Under the pieces are notes generated by a model, which searched no databases, was not told the origin of the DNA, and worked only from the letters and a program-made list of their open reading frames with translations. A stretch of DNA of 37,149 nt from a virus, in the UHGV virus genome UHGV-0075871. One strand, written 5' to 3'. Positions 16,446-27,049 of this stretch are shown here, piece by piece; position 1 is the stretch's first letter, and every line of letters begins with the position of its first letter. The position numbers were made by a program, and so were the translations under genes.

Positions 16446-17438
16446 ATGACAATGGCTGTTAAAGGCTTAACTGCGCTAACGCTGGCTGACTGGGGTAAGC
16501 GCGTCGATCCAAACGGGAAAGTCGATAAGATTATCGAGCTTCTCGGTCAAACTAACCCGATCCTTCAGGATATGCCTTTTGTCGAAGGGAACCTTCCTAC
16601 CGGACACCGAACCACCATTCGTTCTGGTTTACCTTCAGCTACCTGGCGTTTGCTGAACTATGGCGTACAGCCAAGCAAATCAACCACAGTGCAGGTAACC
16701 GATTCCGTTGGCATGCTGGAAACCTATGCTGAAGTCGATAAGTCACTGGCTGATCTGAACGGTAATACCGCCGAATTCCGCCTGTCTGAAGACCGCGCAT
16801 TTATTGAAGCGATGAATCAGCAGATGGCGCAGACGTTGTTTTATGGTGATTCCAGCGTTAACCCTCAGCAGTTTATGGGATTGTCCTCCCGCTATTCCAG
16901 CCTGTCTGCGGGTAATGCTCAGAACATCATTGATGCTGGTGGCACGGGTACAGATAACACCTCAATCTGGTTAGTGGTGTGGGGCGAAAACACCGTGCAT
17001 GGTATCTTCCCGAAAGGGCAGAAGGCTGGCATCCAGATGGAAGATAAAGGCCAGGTGACACTGGAAGATGCTAATGGCGGCAAGTACGAAGGCTATCGCA
17101 CCCATTATAAATGGGATAACGGACTTGCTCTGCGTGACTGGCGTTATGTTGTTCGCATTGCAAACATCGATGTCAACAATCTTTCAGAACCTTCCTCTGC
17201 CGCAAATATTGCGAAGTTGATGGTTAAAGCACTGCATCGCATTCCAAACCGTGGCATGGGCCGCCCGGTGTTCTACATGAACCGCACTGTAGGCCAGGCT
17301 CTTGATCTGCAATCTCTGGAGAAAACATCTCTGGCTATCAGCGTAAAAGAGACTGAAGGCGAGTGGTGGACTTCATTCCGTGGTGTACCAATCCGTGAAA
17401 CTGATGCGCTTCTGGAAACAGAAGCCCGCGTGGTGTAA
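16446..17438 (+). CDS. major capsid protein
   Basis: 330 aa after the scaffold gene with a strong RBS; size and position typical of an HK97-fold capsid protein. Confidence 0.75.
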   Translation: MTMAVKGLTALTLADWGKRVDPNGKVDKIIELLGQTNPILQDMPFVEGNLPTGHRTTIRSGLPSATWRLLNYGVQPSKSTTVQVTDSVGMLETYAEVDKSLADLNGNTAEFRLSEDRAFIEAMNQQMAQTLFYGDSSVNPQQFMGLSSRYSSLSAGNAQNIIDAGGTGTDNTSIWLVVWGENTVHGIFPKGQKAGIQMEDKGQVTLEDANGGKYEGYRTHYKWDNGLALRDWRYVVRIANIDVNNLSEPSSAANIAKLMVKALHRIPNRGMGRPVFYMNRTVGQALDLQSLEKTSLAISVKETEGEWWTSFRGVPIRETDALLETEARVV

Positions 17439-17489
17439 CGCCTGTTATTAACCTGTGGGCCGCAACAGGCCCACTAATGGAGAAAGAAG

Positions 17490-17927
17490 ATGATCACCGA
17501 CAAACTGTTGATGTTCTCCGAAGCTCAGGCGGTTACGAATACCGCGGCTTCTACTGACGTAATCGATCTCGGTCCAATTGATGGAAACCGTCGCGATATC
17601 GGCGTGGGTTATCCGCTTGAGTTTTGGGTGCTGGTTAACGAAGCCGCCACGGCAAGTGGTGAGGCAACTGTAAACATCCAGTTGCAGACGAGTGAGAATA
17701 ACAGCTCATGGTCCACTATTTATGATAGTGGCGCACTGGCAAAGGCTACCCTGACAGCAGGTAAACGAGTTGTTTCTGCAAAGGTGCCTGCCGGTGTTCA
17801 GCGATATCTGCGTGTTAACTACTCCGTCGCAACTGGCCCACTAACAGCCGGCAAATTCACTGCGGGTATCAGTCTGGATGTTGATGCCAATACACCGTAC
17901 CCGATCCGCTCAAAAGTAACTGGTTAA
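17490..17927 (+). CDS. virion protein, possible capsid decoration protein
   Basis: 145 aa Thr/Ser/Ala/Gly-rich ORF right after the capsid gene. Confidence 0.5.
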   Translation: MITDKLLMFSEAQAVTNTAASTDVIDLGPIDGNRRDIGVGYPLEFWVLVNEAATASGEATVNIQLQTSENNSSWSTIYDSGALAKATLTAGKRVVSAKVPAGVQRYLRVNYSVATGPLTAGKFTAGISLDVDANTPYPIRSKVTG

Positions 17928-17937
17928 GGTGATATCG

Positions 17938-18273
17938 ATGTCAGGTGAGAAACCAAGATACCGCGTTCTGCGCCTCTCTCATATCCATAACACACTGTGG
18001 CCGGAGGGGGCAGAAATCGAATACGAAGGTGAGCCTGGTAGCGCACTGGAACCTGTTAACGATGCAGCCAGACAGGCAAAAGCAAAGGTAGCAGGAAAGG
18101 TGTCTATGGCAGCAACCAGCACCAAAATCATCAACGATGTGTCAGATGATGGTGAACTGGATAAGCTCCGTGAAGAGTACGAATTGCTCTTTAACGAGAA
18201 GCCACACCATAACGCCAAAGCCGAAACGCTCCGCGAGAAGATCGCAGATAAGCGTAAAGAACTGGGCGTGTAA
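17938..18273 (+). CDS. hypothetical protein
   Basis: ORF track 17929..18273; ATG at 17938 has AAGGTGA upstream; followed by a terminator. Confidence 0.5.
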   Translation: MSGEKPRYRVLRLSHIHNTLWPEGAEIEYEGEPGSALEPVNDAARQAKAKVAGKVSMAATSTKIINDVSDDGELDKLREEYELLFNEKPHHNAKAETLREKIADKRKELGV

Positions 18274-18288
18274 GCCTCGCGGATCAGA

Positions 18289-18311
18289 CAAGGGGCTTCG
18301 GCCCCTTTATT
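18289..18311 (+). terminator. rho-independent terminator after the head genes
   Basis: AGGGGC-TTCG-GCCCCT followed by TTATT. Confidence 0.65.
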
Positions 18312-18323
18312 GCAGGAGTGTAT

Positions 18324-18647
18324 ATGGAACTCGTAAACCTCAAAACCGGCACTGACAGCTACCAGGATGAGAGCGGAGAAACCAGAACTCGCGATGAATA
18401 CCCGTGGGGGCTGTGCATCACTCTTAATAACGACACATTGAATAAGCTGAAGGCGCAACCTCAGGGCGTCGGAACAGAAGTGATGATAACTGCAAAGGCT
18501 GTTATTCGAGGCCTGTCTGCCAGAGAAACTGACGATGGGGTTAATCGCAGCGCCGATCTGCAGATCACTGATATGGCGATCGCTCCTGTTTCCGGGGATG
18601 TAGAAAAATCAGCGGCTGAAACCCTGTACGGCAATGGGGGTGAGTAA
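18324..18647 (+). CDS. hypothetical virion protein
   Basis: ORF track 18318..18647; ATG at 18324 lies 5 nt after AGGAG. Confidence 0.5.
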   Translation: MELVNLKTGTDSYQDESGETRTRDEYPWGLCITLNNDTLNKLKAQPQGVGTEVMITAKAVIRGLSARETDDGVNRSADLQITDMAIAPVSGDVEKSAAETLYGNGGE

Positions 18648-19252
18648 TGGCCTCTGTAGTAGAGATCTGCAATCGTGCGCTGTCCAATATTGGCAATAGC
18701 CGCAGCATTAACAGCCTGACGGAAGCCAGCAAGGAAGCTGGGGAATGTTCGCTGCACTTTGAGGCCTGCCGTGATGCTGTTCTTTCTGATTTTGACTGGA
18801 ACTTTGCTACCAAACGCGTGGCGCTTGCAGATACGAGCAATCCACCGCCTGACTGGGAATATGCGTACCAGTACCCGTCCGATTGTCTGCGCATTACTGA
18901 AATTATGCTTCTTGGTGTACGCAATCCAACAGCAGCAATGCGCGTTCAGTACGAAGTTGGTGCAGACACCAACGGAACAGGAAAGTTGATCTACACAGAC
19001 CAGCCGCAGGCATGGCTCAAGTATGTATCTCGCGTTTCAGATGTGAACATGTTTGATGCCATTTTTATGGAGGCGCTGGCCTGGCGTCTTGCGGCAGCCA
19101 TTAACATGGCGCTGACTGGGAATGCGGATCTCGGTACATTTGCTCTCAATATGTACAATCGCGTGATTCTTAGTGCTGGTTCGCATAGCCAGAATGAATC
19201 ACAGGAACCACAGCCACCGGTTGACGAGTTTACCATTGCGAGGTTGTCCTGA
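18647..19252 (+). CDS. tail tubular protein A-like / adaptor (T7 gp11-like)
   Basis: 201 aa; N-terminal VVEICNRALSNIGNSRSINSLTE follows the same pattern as T7 gp11 (VNDILASIGEPPVSTLE); precedes a ~820 aa gp12-like gene. Confidence 0.55.
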   Translation: MASVVEICNRALSNIGNSRSINSLTEASKEAGECSLHFEACRDAVLSDFDWNFATKRVALADTSNPPPDWEYAYQYPSDCLRITEIMLLGVRNPTAAMRVQYEVGADTNGTGKLIYTDQPQAWLKYVSRVSDVNMFDAIFMEALAWRLAAAINMALTGNADLGTFALNMYNRVILSAGSHSQNESQEPQPPVDEFTIARLS

Positions 19253-21723
19253 TGGCTATCAGTTGGATCCAGCCCAGCTTTGCCGGTGGTGAGATTGGAC
19301 CGTCGTTGTACGGTCGTATCGACATGGCGAAGTACCAGGTGGCATTGCGCAAGTGCGATAACTTTATCGTGCGGCAGTATGGCGGCGTTGAGAATCGACC
19401 TGGTACGCGTTTTGTCGGTGCCGCCAAATACCCAAATCGGAAATGCCGCCTGATCCCGTTCCAGTTCTCGACGGTTCAGACTTATGCTCTGGAGTTCGGA
19501 CACCAGTACATGCGCGTTATCAAAGATGGTGCGTTGGTGCTGAACAGCAGCAATGTTATTTATGAAATTGCAACGCCATATACTGAAGCCGATCTGTTCC
19601 GAATTAAATTCACGCAAAGCGCCGACGTGCTTACGCTGGTTCACCCGGCATACCCGCCGAAAGAGTTGCGCCGATATGCTCATGACAACTGGCAACTGGT
19701 TGATGTGGTAACGAAGAACGGGCCATTTGAAGATATCAATATTGACGAGTCAGTGACGGTTTATGCCAGCGCCAGCACCGGGACAATTACGTTAACGGCA
19801 AGCGCCTCTATTTTTGGCGCGGAGCAGGTAGGCAAATTGTTCTATCTGGAACAGCCTGCAGTGGATTCAGTGCCGGTATGGGAAACCAGTAAGAGTACGT
19901 CGATTGGCGATATTCGCCGTGCAGACAGTAACTACTATCGCGCCGTTACAGCAGGCAAAACAGGTACTTTGCGCCCTTCGCATACAGAAGGCACATCATG
20001 GGATGGCTGGGGCGGATCCGGTGATGATGATACTGGCATTGAGTGGGAATATCTGCACAGTGGTTTTGGCATTGCCCGTATCACTGCTGCAAATGGAACT
20101 ACTGCAACTGCCGAGGTGATTTCCTATATCCCTTCGCAGGTAGTTGGCGAGGATAATGCCAGCTATAAATGGGCTAAATATGCCTGGAACAGTGTTAATG
20201 GTTATCCTGGCACTGTTGTTTATTATCAACAACGTCTTTACTTCGCCGCATCGACTGCGTTCCCTCAGACTATCTGGGCCAGCCGTACCGGGGATTATAA
20301 GGATTTTGGCAAAAGCAATCCTACGCAGGATGACGACAGAATTATCTACACCTATGCCGGGCGTCAGGTTAATGAGATCCGCCACCTGATTGATGTCGGT
20401 TCGCTGGTGGCACTGACTTCCGGAGGTGAGTACGTCATCACCGGCGACCAGAACAAAGTGTTAACCCCATCATCATTTGCATTCAGCTCTCAGGGATCAA
20501 ATGGCTCGAGCAATGTCCCACCAATTGCCGTGGCGAATATTGCTCTGTTCGTCCAGGAGAAAGGCAGTGTTGTCCGTGATCTGGCCTACTCATTCGATGT
20601 TGACGGCTATCAGGGGAACGACCTGACCATCCTTGCCAATCATCTTTTTCAGAAGCACAGCATTGTTGACTGGTGCTTCTCTATTGTCCCTTACTCCAGC
20701 GCCTTCTGCATTCGTGATGACGGTAAATTACTGGTGATGACCTATTTGCGTGATCAGCAGGTTTTTGCATGGGCACCACAATCCAGTACCGGAAAATATG
20801 AAAGCACATGCAGTATCAGCGAAGGAAATGAAGATGCGGTGTATTTCGTCGTTAACCGAACCGTTAACGGGCAAACAGTGAGATACATCGAGCGACTGTC
20901 CAGCCGTTTATTTACCAGCGATGAAGATGCTTTCTTTGTTGATTCTGGCCTTAGCTATGATGGAAGAAATACGTCTGACAGAACGATGACCATCACTGGT
21001 GGTTCTGGCGAATGGGATTACCGCGCGGAATATACAATCAGTATTTCTGGCGGTGCGTACTTCACCAGTAGTGATGTCGGTGCGCAACTACAGTTCCCTT
21101 ATACCGGAACTGATCCTGATACTGGCGATGAAGTGTCAAAAGAATTACGTTGCGACATTATTTCTGTAACCAGCAACACCGCTGTAGTGGTTCGTGCTAA
21201 CAGGAACGTCCCGCCATCCCTCAGGAATGTGGCCACCACGAACTGGCAGATGGCACGCCGGACATTTGGAGGCCTGTCTCATCTTGAAGGCCAGACCGTA
21301 AACATTCTCTCTGATGCGAACGTGGAACCACAGAAAGTGGTTTCCGGAGGTGCCGTCACGCTGGAATCTCCGGGGGCTGTAGTGCACATCGGCCTGCCAA
21401 TAACTGCTGAATTCGAAACACTGGATATCAACATTAACGGACAGGAAACGCTGCTGGACAAAAAACAGGTGATCCCCTCCGTTACTCTGGTTGTGAATGC
21501 CAGTCGCGGCATCTGGGCGACTACGCCCGGCGGTAAATGGTACGAATATCCACAGCGTGAATTCGAGTTCTACGATGATCCTGTTGATGATGCTACCGGA
21601 AAAGTAGAAGTGAAACTGGACAGTAACTGGGGCAAAAACGGACGTGTAAAAATCCGTCAGCTTGATCCGTTGCCGCTGTCTGTTCTTGCCGTTATTCCTC
21701 GCCTTACTGTTGGGGGATTCTGA
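19252..21723 (+). CDS. tail tubular protein B-like (T7 gp12-like nozzle)
   Basis: 823 aa; N-terminal MAISWIQPSFAGGEIGPSLYGRIDMAKYQ resembles the start of podovirus tubular protein B; ATGA coupling to the upstream gene. Confidence 0.6.
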   Translation: MAISWIQPSFAGGEIGPSLYGRIDMAKYQVALRKCDNFIVRQYGGVENRPGTRFVGAAKYPNRKCRLIPFQFSTVQTYALEFGHQYMRVIKDGALVLNSSNVIYEIATPYTEADLFRIKFTQSADVLTLVHPAYPPKELRRYAHDNWQLVDVVTKNGPFEDINIDESVTVYASASTGTITLTASASIFGAEQVGKLFYLEQPAVDSVPVWETSKSTSIGDIRRADSNYYRAVTAGKTGTLRPSHTEGTSWDGWGGSGDDDTGIEWEYLHSGFGIARITAANGTTATAEVISYIPSQVVGEDNASYKWAKYAWNSVNGYPGTVVYYQQRLYFAASTAFPQTIWASRTGDYKDFGKSNPTQDDDRIIYTYAGRQVNEIRHLIDVGSLVALTSGGEYVITGDQNKVLTPSSFAFSSQGSNGSSNVPPIAVANIALFVQEKGSVVRDLAYSFDVDGYQGNDLTILANHLFQKHSIVDWCFSIVPYSSAFCIRDDGKLLVMTYLRDQQVFAWAPQSSTGKYESTCSISEGNEDAVYFVVNRTVNGQTVRYIERLSSRLFTSDEDAFFVDSGLSYDGRNTSDRTMTITGGSGEWDYRAEYTISISGGAYFTSSDVGAQLQFPYTGTDPDTGDEVSKELRCDIISVTSNTAVVVRANRNVPPSLRNVATTNWQMARRTFGGLSHLEGQTVNILSDANVEPQKVVSGGAVTLESPGAVVHIGLPITAEFETLDININGQETLLDKKQVIPSVTLVVNASRGIWATTPGGKWYEYPQREFEFYDDPVDDATGKVEVKLDSNWGKNGRVKIRQLDPLPLSVLAVIPRLTVGGF

Positions 21724-22187
21724 TGATCGATGTTCGAATTGTTCCCGCTACCGAAGAGCATCTTCAGATGATTTTGCCGGATGTTCGTCAGGCTGATATT
21801 GACGAACTGTATGCGGTATCGCTGATGACTACCGAAGATGCGCTGCGTGTTGGTCTTCGCACTGCGACTATGGCCTGGTCAGGATTTGCGAACGGAGAAC
21901 TGGTAACCATGTTTGGCGTATCTCCGGCGTCAATGATCGGTGGCAATGGTACGCCCTGGCTGGTAGGAACCAGCCGTATTGAAAAATATCAGAAGACATT
22001 TCTTCGCCACTGCCGCCCTGTATTGCAGCAGATGCTGGCAGTTTATCCGCGCCTGGAAAACTACGTCGACGAGCGAAACCATGTTGCCAAAGAATGGCTG
22101 CACTGGCTTGGATTCAGGCTTGAAGAAGCCGCGCCTTATGGTGCTCTTGGTCTTAATTTCCACAGATTTCACATGGAGAGAAAATAA
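21723..22187 (+). CDS. hypothetical virion protein
   Basis: 154 aa ORF coupled between tail tube and ejection-protein genes. Confidence 0.55.
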   Translation: MIDVRIVPATEEHLQMILPDVRQADIDELYAVSLMTTEDALRVGLRTATMAWSGFANGELVTMFGVSPASMIGGNGTPWLVGTSRIEKYQKTFLRHCRPVLQQMLAVYPRLENYVDERNHVAKEWLHWLGFRLEEAAPYGALGLNFHRFHMERK

Positions 22188-22732
22188 TGTGCGATCCGGT
22201 TATTGCTGGTGGCGCAATGCTCGCCATGAGTGGCATTCAGGCATACACCCAGTACCAACAGGGAAAGTATGCCTCGAAGGTTGCAGAAGCGAACGCAGAT
22301 ATAGCCACAGCTCAGGCAAATGATGCAATAAACAGAGGTAACGCTGAAGCTGAGCAACGACGCAGAGAGACCCGACAGCGGCTTGGTACACAGGCGGCGA
22401 CAATGGGGGCTACCGGCGCTGATTTATCTACAGGTAACGCGCTGGATATATTTGGCGACACTGCCCAGTTTGGCGCTCTTGATTCGCTGACGACGGTGAA
22501 TAACGCGCAACGCGAGGCTTACGGTTATCAGGTTCAGGCTGCCAACTATAAAGCAGAAGCCAGTTCAGCCCGTAAACAGGGGAATGTGGGAGCAGCAACA
22601 ACATTGCTCACTGCGCCTCTGAAGGCATACGGTGCGTACCAGATGTTTGGTGGGACGTGGAGTCCGTTTACTCAAAGCACTCCTGCGCCAATCGGGGCAG
22701 CAGCAGGAACCAGATTACCCGGAGGATTATAA
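22187..22732 (+). CDS. internal virion protein (putative)
   Basis: 181 aa Ala/Gly/Gln-rich ORF in the position of a T7 gp14-like protein. Confidence 0.55.
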   Translation: MCDPVIAGGAMLAMSGIQAYTQYQQGKYASKVAEANADIATAQANDAINRGNAEAEQRRRETRQRLGTQAATMGATGADLSTGNALDIFGDTAQFGALDSLTTVNNAQREAYGYQVQAANYKAEASSARKQGNVGAATTLLTAPLKAYGAYQMFGGTWSPFTQSTPAPIGAAAGTRLPGGL

Positions 22733-25245
22733 TGCCAGTCGTACCAACAGTATCCGGACGTCAGGTTGAGAGTCGTGGAGTTCAGTCAGCAGGCTTGCAG
22801 ACGTTTTCTCAGCAAGGTATTGGTGATGCTTTTGTTCGGGCAGGGACAGAGGCAATTGATGTTTTGGGGCAGGCAAAACAGCGTGCCAATATCGCTCTGG
22901 CTCAGGAGGCATCTCTTAACCTCAGTCAGATAAGCAGCGATCTGCTGAATAATCCTGAAACAGGATTGCTTAACCTGAAAGGGAAAAATGCTATTGGAAA
23001 AGGCCATGAGTATACGCAGCAGTTTGATGCTCAGGTCGAACAACTGGCTATGTCGCTGCCGGATGAACAGGCTCGTAATGCTTTCATGCAGCAGGCGCAG
23101 CAGCAGCGCATTCAGTTCACTACGCAGGCCGGGCGACACGAGATAGGGCAAATTAATGCCTACGAAGAAGGCCAGTTTCAGGCGACACTGCTGAACAATG
23201 GTAAAAATGCCGCAGCATTGTATGGCGACAACGCCGCATACGTATTGGCTAACAAACAAACTTTCCAGCAAATTGAGGAGTACGGTGTTGCACATGGCTG
23301 GAGCAACGAGCAAATCCAGGCCAAGAAAATCGAGTTTAAAGAGAAGGTTGCTGATGCTGCATTGTCCCAGTGGTCGGCAAACAATGCGACCGCATTCATC
23401 CAAAGTAATGGCGAGTTAAGTGATACTGCTGCTGGAGCTCGCCGTGCTGTAGCAGATAGTGACTCTTCCGAGCGTGCCCGTGGCATACGCAACAATAACC
23501 CAGGAAATCTCGAATACAGCAAAACTAATCCGTGGGTAGGCCAGACCGGTGATGATGGTCGATTTGCTAAATTCGAAACACCTGAACACGGGATTCGTGC
23601 ATTAGGGCGGAACCTGATGTCGTATCAGAGGCAGGGTATTGATACCGTCAGCGAGATAATTAATCGCTGGGCACCGCCTGCTGATAAAAATGACACTATG
23701 TCGTATATCAAAGCAGTGTGCGAACAACTTGGCGTTTCTGCTGATGAGCCTCTCGATGCATCTAATCCTGATACCCTGAAGGCGCTTTGTGCAGCCATTA
23801 TCCATCATGAGAACGGTAGCCAGCCATACAGTGATCAGCAGTTAACTGCTGGTGTCAGTGCAGCACTTGGTTTATCAACAATTCCAACCAACACCAAACG
23901 CTATACCGGTAATGCAGCATTCGATGCGGCATCTCCTGAGGCGCAGGCAAGTTTTATGCGACAGGCGGATCAACTGCGTCGGCAGCAGCAGGCTGAATAT
24001 AAAACGATGATTGACAGCCAGGTTCGCGATGCGACAGCTGCGTATATGCGTGGCGTTGAATTTCCTAACCCACCTGGTGAGGCTGATTTTATTGCAGCTT
24101 ATGGAGTAAGAGAAGGAAACCTGCGATATACCGAGTTCAGAAATACGCAAATCGCCGGACAGTATATAGGCTCTTTCCGCAACATGCCGACAAGCAGCAT
24201 TACAGCATATGTTGAGCAATTACGCCCGGATACTGGTGAGACAGGGGAGGGTTATGCGGCACGAGCCGCTCTTTATGACAACGTTGTGTCGGCTGCAAGT
24301 CAGGTGATAAAGCAGCGACAGGCTGATCCTGTACAGTTCTCTCTTGCCGCCGGACAGACAAAGCCTATCGACATGAGCAATAAGGATAACTTTGGACAGA
24401 GCGTTGCCTTGCGTGCTGCTCAGGTCAGTGACCTTGCTAAGTCATATGGCACTCCACTGACGTTCTTTTCCAAAGACGAGGCCAATCAGATCGGTGTTTT
24501 CTTTCGTGATGCGCCCGTTTCCCAACAGGCAGCATATCTCGATACCATCAGGCAGAGCACTGGTGGTGGGCAGGTGTATATGTCAGCACTACAGCAGATC
24601 AGTGCCAACGCTCCATCTGCTGCCGTTGCCGGGATACTGATGGATAAGCCAGGTGGTATTTTGGCAGAAAAAAACTGGTTTAATCCGGATGTTTCCGTGT
24701 CTCCTGAAACCGCTGCGCAGACAATTCTTGCTGGCGCGGCGGCTCGTAAAGGTACTGATGATGCGAAAGGTATTCCGATGCCTAAAGATGCTGATCTTCG
24801 CCTTGAGTTTTCTGACATGGTGAAGGATGCATTTGCTGGTGACGCTCAGGGGGCATCAATGGCATACGAGATCGCAAAGGACTATTACGCTGGTGTGATG
24901 GCGAAAAAAGGCGTGGTATCAGGCGAAATTGACAATGATATCTGGAAACAGGCTGTTAACGTAGCTACAGGTGGCGTGCATGACTATAACGGAATGGGGA
25001 ATGTCCTTTTGCCGTGGGGAATGTCTGCAGAGCAATTCGATAAGCAGGTTAATCAGGCTTGGAATGAACAAGTTGTCGGCTCTGGGATAAAAACACCGCC
25101 TGGTCAGTATGGTTTGCAAAGTTACGGCGATAGTCAGTACCTGGTGAAACTTGGTACTGGTTATCTGCTGAAAGATGATGGTTCTCCCGTTGTTCTTAAT
25201 CTGACACAGAAGCGTCAGAGATTCTCCGGAGATATTCCGCAATGA
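22732..25245 (+). CDS. internal virion / DNA-ejection protein (large)
   Basis: ORF track 22657..25245; start moved to MPVVP with GGAGG 7 nt upstream and TAATG overlap with the upstream stop; one of three consecutive large proteins between tail tube and tailspike. Confidence 0.65.
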   Translation: MPVVPTVSGRQVESRGVQSAGLQTFSQQGIGDAFVRAGTEAIDVLGQAKQRANIALAQEASLNLSQISSDLLNNPETGLLNLKGKNAIGKGHEYTQQFDAQVEQLAMSLPDEQARNAFMQQAQQQRIQFTTQAGRHEIGQINAYEEGQFQATLLNNGKNAAALYGDNAAYVLANKQTFQQIEEYGVAHGWSNEQIQAKKIEFKEKVADAALSQWSANNATAFIQSNGELSDTAAGARRAVADSDSSERARGIRNNNPGNLEYSKTNPWVGQTGDDGRFAKFETPEHGIRALGRNLMSYQRQGIDTVSEIINRWAPPADKNDTMSYIKAVCEQLGVSADEPLDASNPDTLKALCAAIIHHENGSQPYSDQQLTAGVSAALGLSTIPTNTKRYTGNAAFDAASPEAQASFMRQADQLRRQQQAEYKTMIDSQVRDATAAYMRGVEFPNPPGEADFIAAYGVREGNLRYTEFRNTQIAGQYIGSFRNMPTSSITAYVEQLRPDTGETGEGYAARAALYDNVVSAASQVIKQRQADPVQFSLAAGQTKPIDMSNKDNFGQSVALRAAQVSDLAKSYGTPLTFFSKDEANQIGVFFRDAPVSQQAAYLDTIRQSTGGGQVYMSALQQISANAPSAAVAGILMDKPGGILAEKNWFNPDVSVSPETAAQTILAGAAARKGTDDAKGIPMPKDADLRLEFSDMVKDAFAGDAQGASMAYEIAKDYYAGVMAKKGVVSGEIDNDIWKQAVNVATGGVHDYNGMGNVLLPWGMSAEQFDKQVNQAWNEQVVGSGIKTPPGQYGLQSYGDSQYLVKLGTGYLLKDDGSPVVLNLTQKRQRFSGDIPQ

Positions 25246-27044
25246 GTTACTTTGGCCTTAATCCAGTAAACCAGAATCAGCAGCTTGACGAAGCAGCATC
25301 AAATCCAGCTGGCTTTAACAGCGATGTTGGTTTTTTCGACAATGCTGTAGGAGCGGCATTGTCTGGTTTGTACTCCGGGCTGGTGGCAAAGCCAGATCAG
25401 TTGCTATGGGCAGGGATGGATAAAATCGTATCCCCGATTGCTCAGTTTGTTAACGAAAACACCTCGCTCAATGATACTTCAGTTTCATACATTGCCGAGC
25501 AGAGAAAACTAGCAGAGCAGCAGGTTAAGCGGCTGACGCCTGATGCCGCGACAACTGGAACCGCTGGGCAGGTTCTTTATGGGTTGTTCGATATGGGCGG
25601 GCAGGCTGTTGTCGGTACAACGCTCGGTGGTCCGGTCGGAGGTGCTGCGGCGGTAACTTCTCTACAGGGTTTTTCTGAGTTTGAACGGCTGACAGCACAG
25701 GGTGTTGATTTCAGGACGGCGCAGGAAGCGGGATTAGTGCAGGGCATTACTGCTGGTGCCGGAACGCTGATCCCTATGAGCCTCGGGTTACGTGCTGGTG
25801 GTGCGCTGGCGGAAGGTGTGGCGGCTCAGCTTGCGCGGACGGGTGAGAGTTCAGTGCGACGCGCCGCAGCAACAGCAGTACGTGCAACGCCAGATATTGC
25901 CTATGCCGCAGGTACAAATATTGCGTTCGGTATGGCACAGCGTGGGCTTACTGCAAAAACGCTTCGTGATGGTGGCTATAGCGAAATGGCTAACCAGTAT
26001 GATGTGTTGGATCGACAGGCAATTGCTATTGATGCTGTTCTTGGGGTGGCGTTTGGTGGTGTCGGCAGATTTATTAACTCTCGCGGCGAGTCTACAAGCA
26101 CACCAAATTTTTCACCAGTTGATATCGATGCTGCACTGGCGGCGAATGCCGCTCATCATGCTGAAATTGATATTGCTCCTGGCGTGCCGATCAACGTGCT
26201 TTCGCGTAATTCTCACATTCAGGCTCTGCGAAAAGCTATGTCTGATGTTAGCCAGGGGAGACCTGTAGACGTTGCCAGCATTGTTGAGTCTGCATCTTTC
26301 AGTGAAATTCCTGGGCGCAAGAATCTGCTGTCTCAGGCAGTTAATGAGGCTCTGTCATCTGTAGATGATGGAGTAACGGCGCGCGCTATCGAAAATCGGT
26401 TGCTTGAAGAACAGGCTGCGCAGCTTTTGCCGCGTGGCGATAGACAGGTTTACCAGTCTGAAATCGCTAATAGCCAACGAATTATCGACAATCTCACTGA
26501 ACAGCGTGCACAAATTCTTGCAGAAGAGCCAACCGGTAGCGGTAAAGCTTTGTCTCGTGCTCGATCAGATAAACAGGCCAGACTTCGCGATATTGATCAA
26601 CGAATCCGGCAGGCACAAGAACGCCTGGAATTTTCCCGTAACGCGTTGGCGCCGCACGAGCCTGGAGGTCAGTTTTTTGAAGCTCGAGCAGAACTGGCAC
26701 GGCGACAGCAGGCAGAAAGTGAACTTAATGCTCAGGCTGTTTCATTCTATAAAACAGCAGAGGTCAGGACGCCAGACGAAGTAGCTCCTTTTGAGCCCGG
26801 TAAGATATTGCAACAGACAGAACAAAAAATGATGGCAGATCCGGCAGGAGATATTGATCTGCGTATAGCTGAAGACTCGCTGCTTGAATCTCCGGACATG
26901 ATAATCACCGTGCTGGATGATGATGGTAATCCACAATCGCGCAGTGCGCGTGAAGTACTGGATGAAGCGAACAGGGAAAGTGAGCAGGCAATACAGGATT
27001 CCAGCCTGTTTGATGTTGCTGTGGCGTGTTTCTTGAGAGGTTAA
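25242..27044 (+). CDS. internal virion / DNA-ejection protein
   Basis: 600 aa, ATGA-coupled to the previous gene; Ala/Gly-rich N-terminus and helical C-terminus. Confidence 0.65.
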   Translation: MSYFGLNPVNQNQQLDEAASNPAGFNSDVGFFDNAVGAALSGLYSGLVAKPDQLLWAGMDKIVSPIAQFVNENTSLNDTSVSYIAEQRKLAEQQVKRLTPDAATTGTAGQVLYGLFDMGGQAVVGTTLGGPVGGAAAVTSLQGFSEFERLTAQGVDFRTAQEAGLVQGITAGAGTLIPMSLGLRAGGALAEGVAAQLARTGESSVRRAAATAVRATPDIAYAAGTNIAFGMAQRGLTAKTLRDGGYSEMANQYDVLDRQAIAIDAVLGVAFGGVGRFINSRGESTSTPNFSPVDIDAALAANAAHHAEIDIAPGVPINVLSRNSHIQALRKAMSDVSQGRPVDVASIVESASFSEIPGRKNLLSQAVNEALSSVDDGVTARAIENRLLEEQAAQLLPRGDRQVYQSEIANSQRIIDNLTEQRAQILAEEPTGSGKALSRARSDKQARLRDIDQRIRQAQERLEFSRNALAPHEPGGQFFEARAELARRQQAESELNAQAVSFYKTAEVRTPDEVAPFEPGKILQQTEQKMMADPAGDIDLRIAEDSLLESPDMIITVLDDDGNPQSRSAREVLDEANRESEQAIQDSSLFDVAVACFLRG

Positions 27045-27049
27045 ATTAA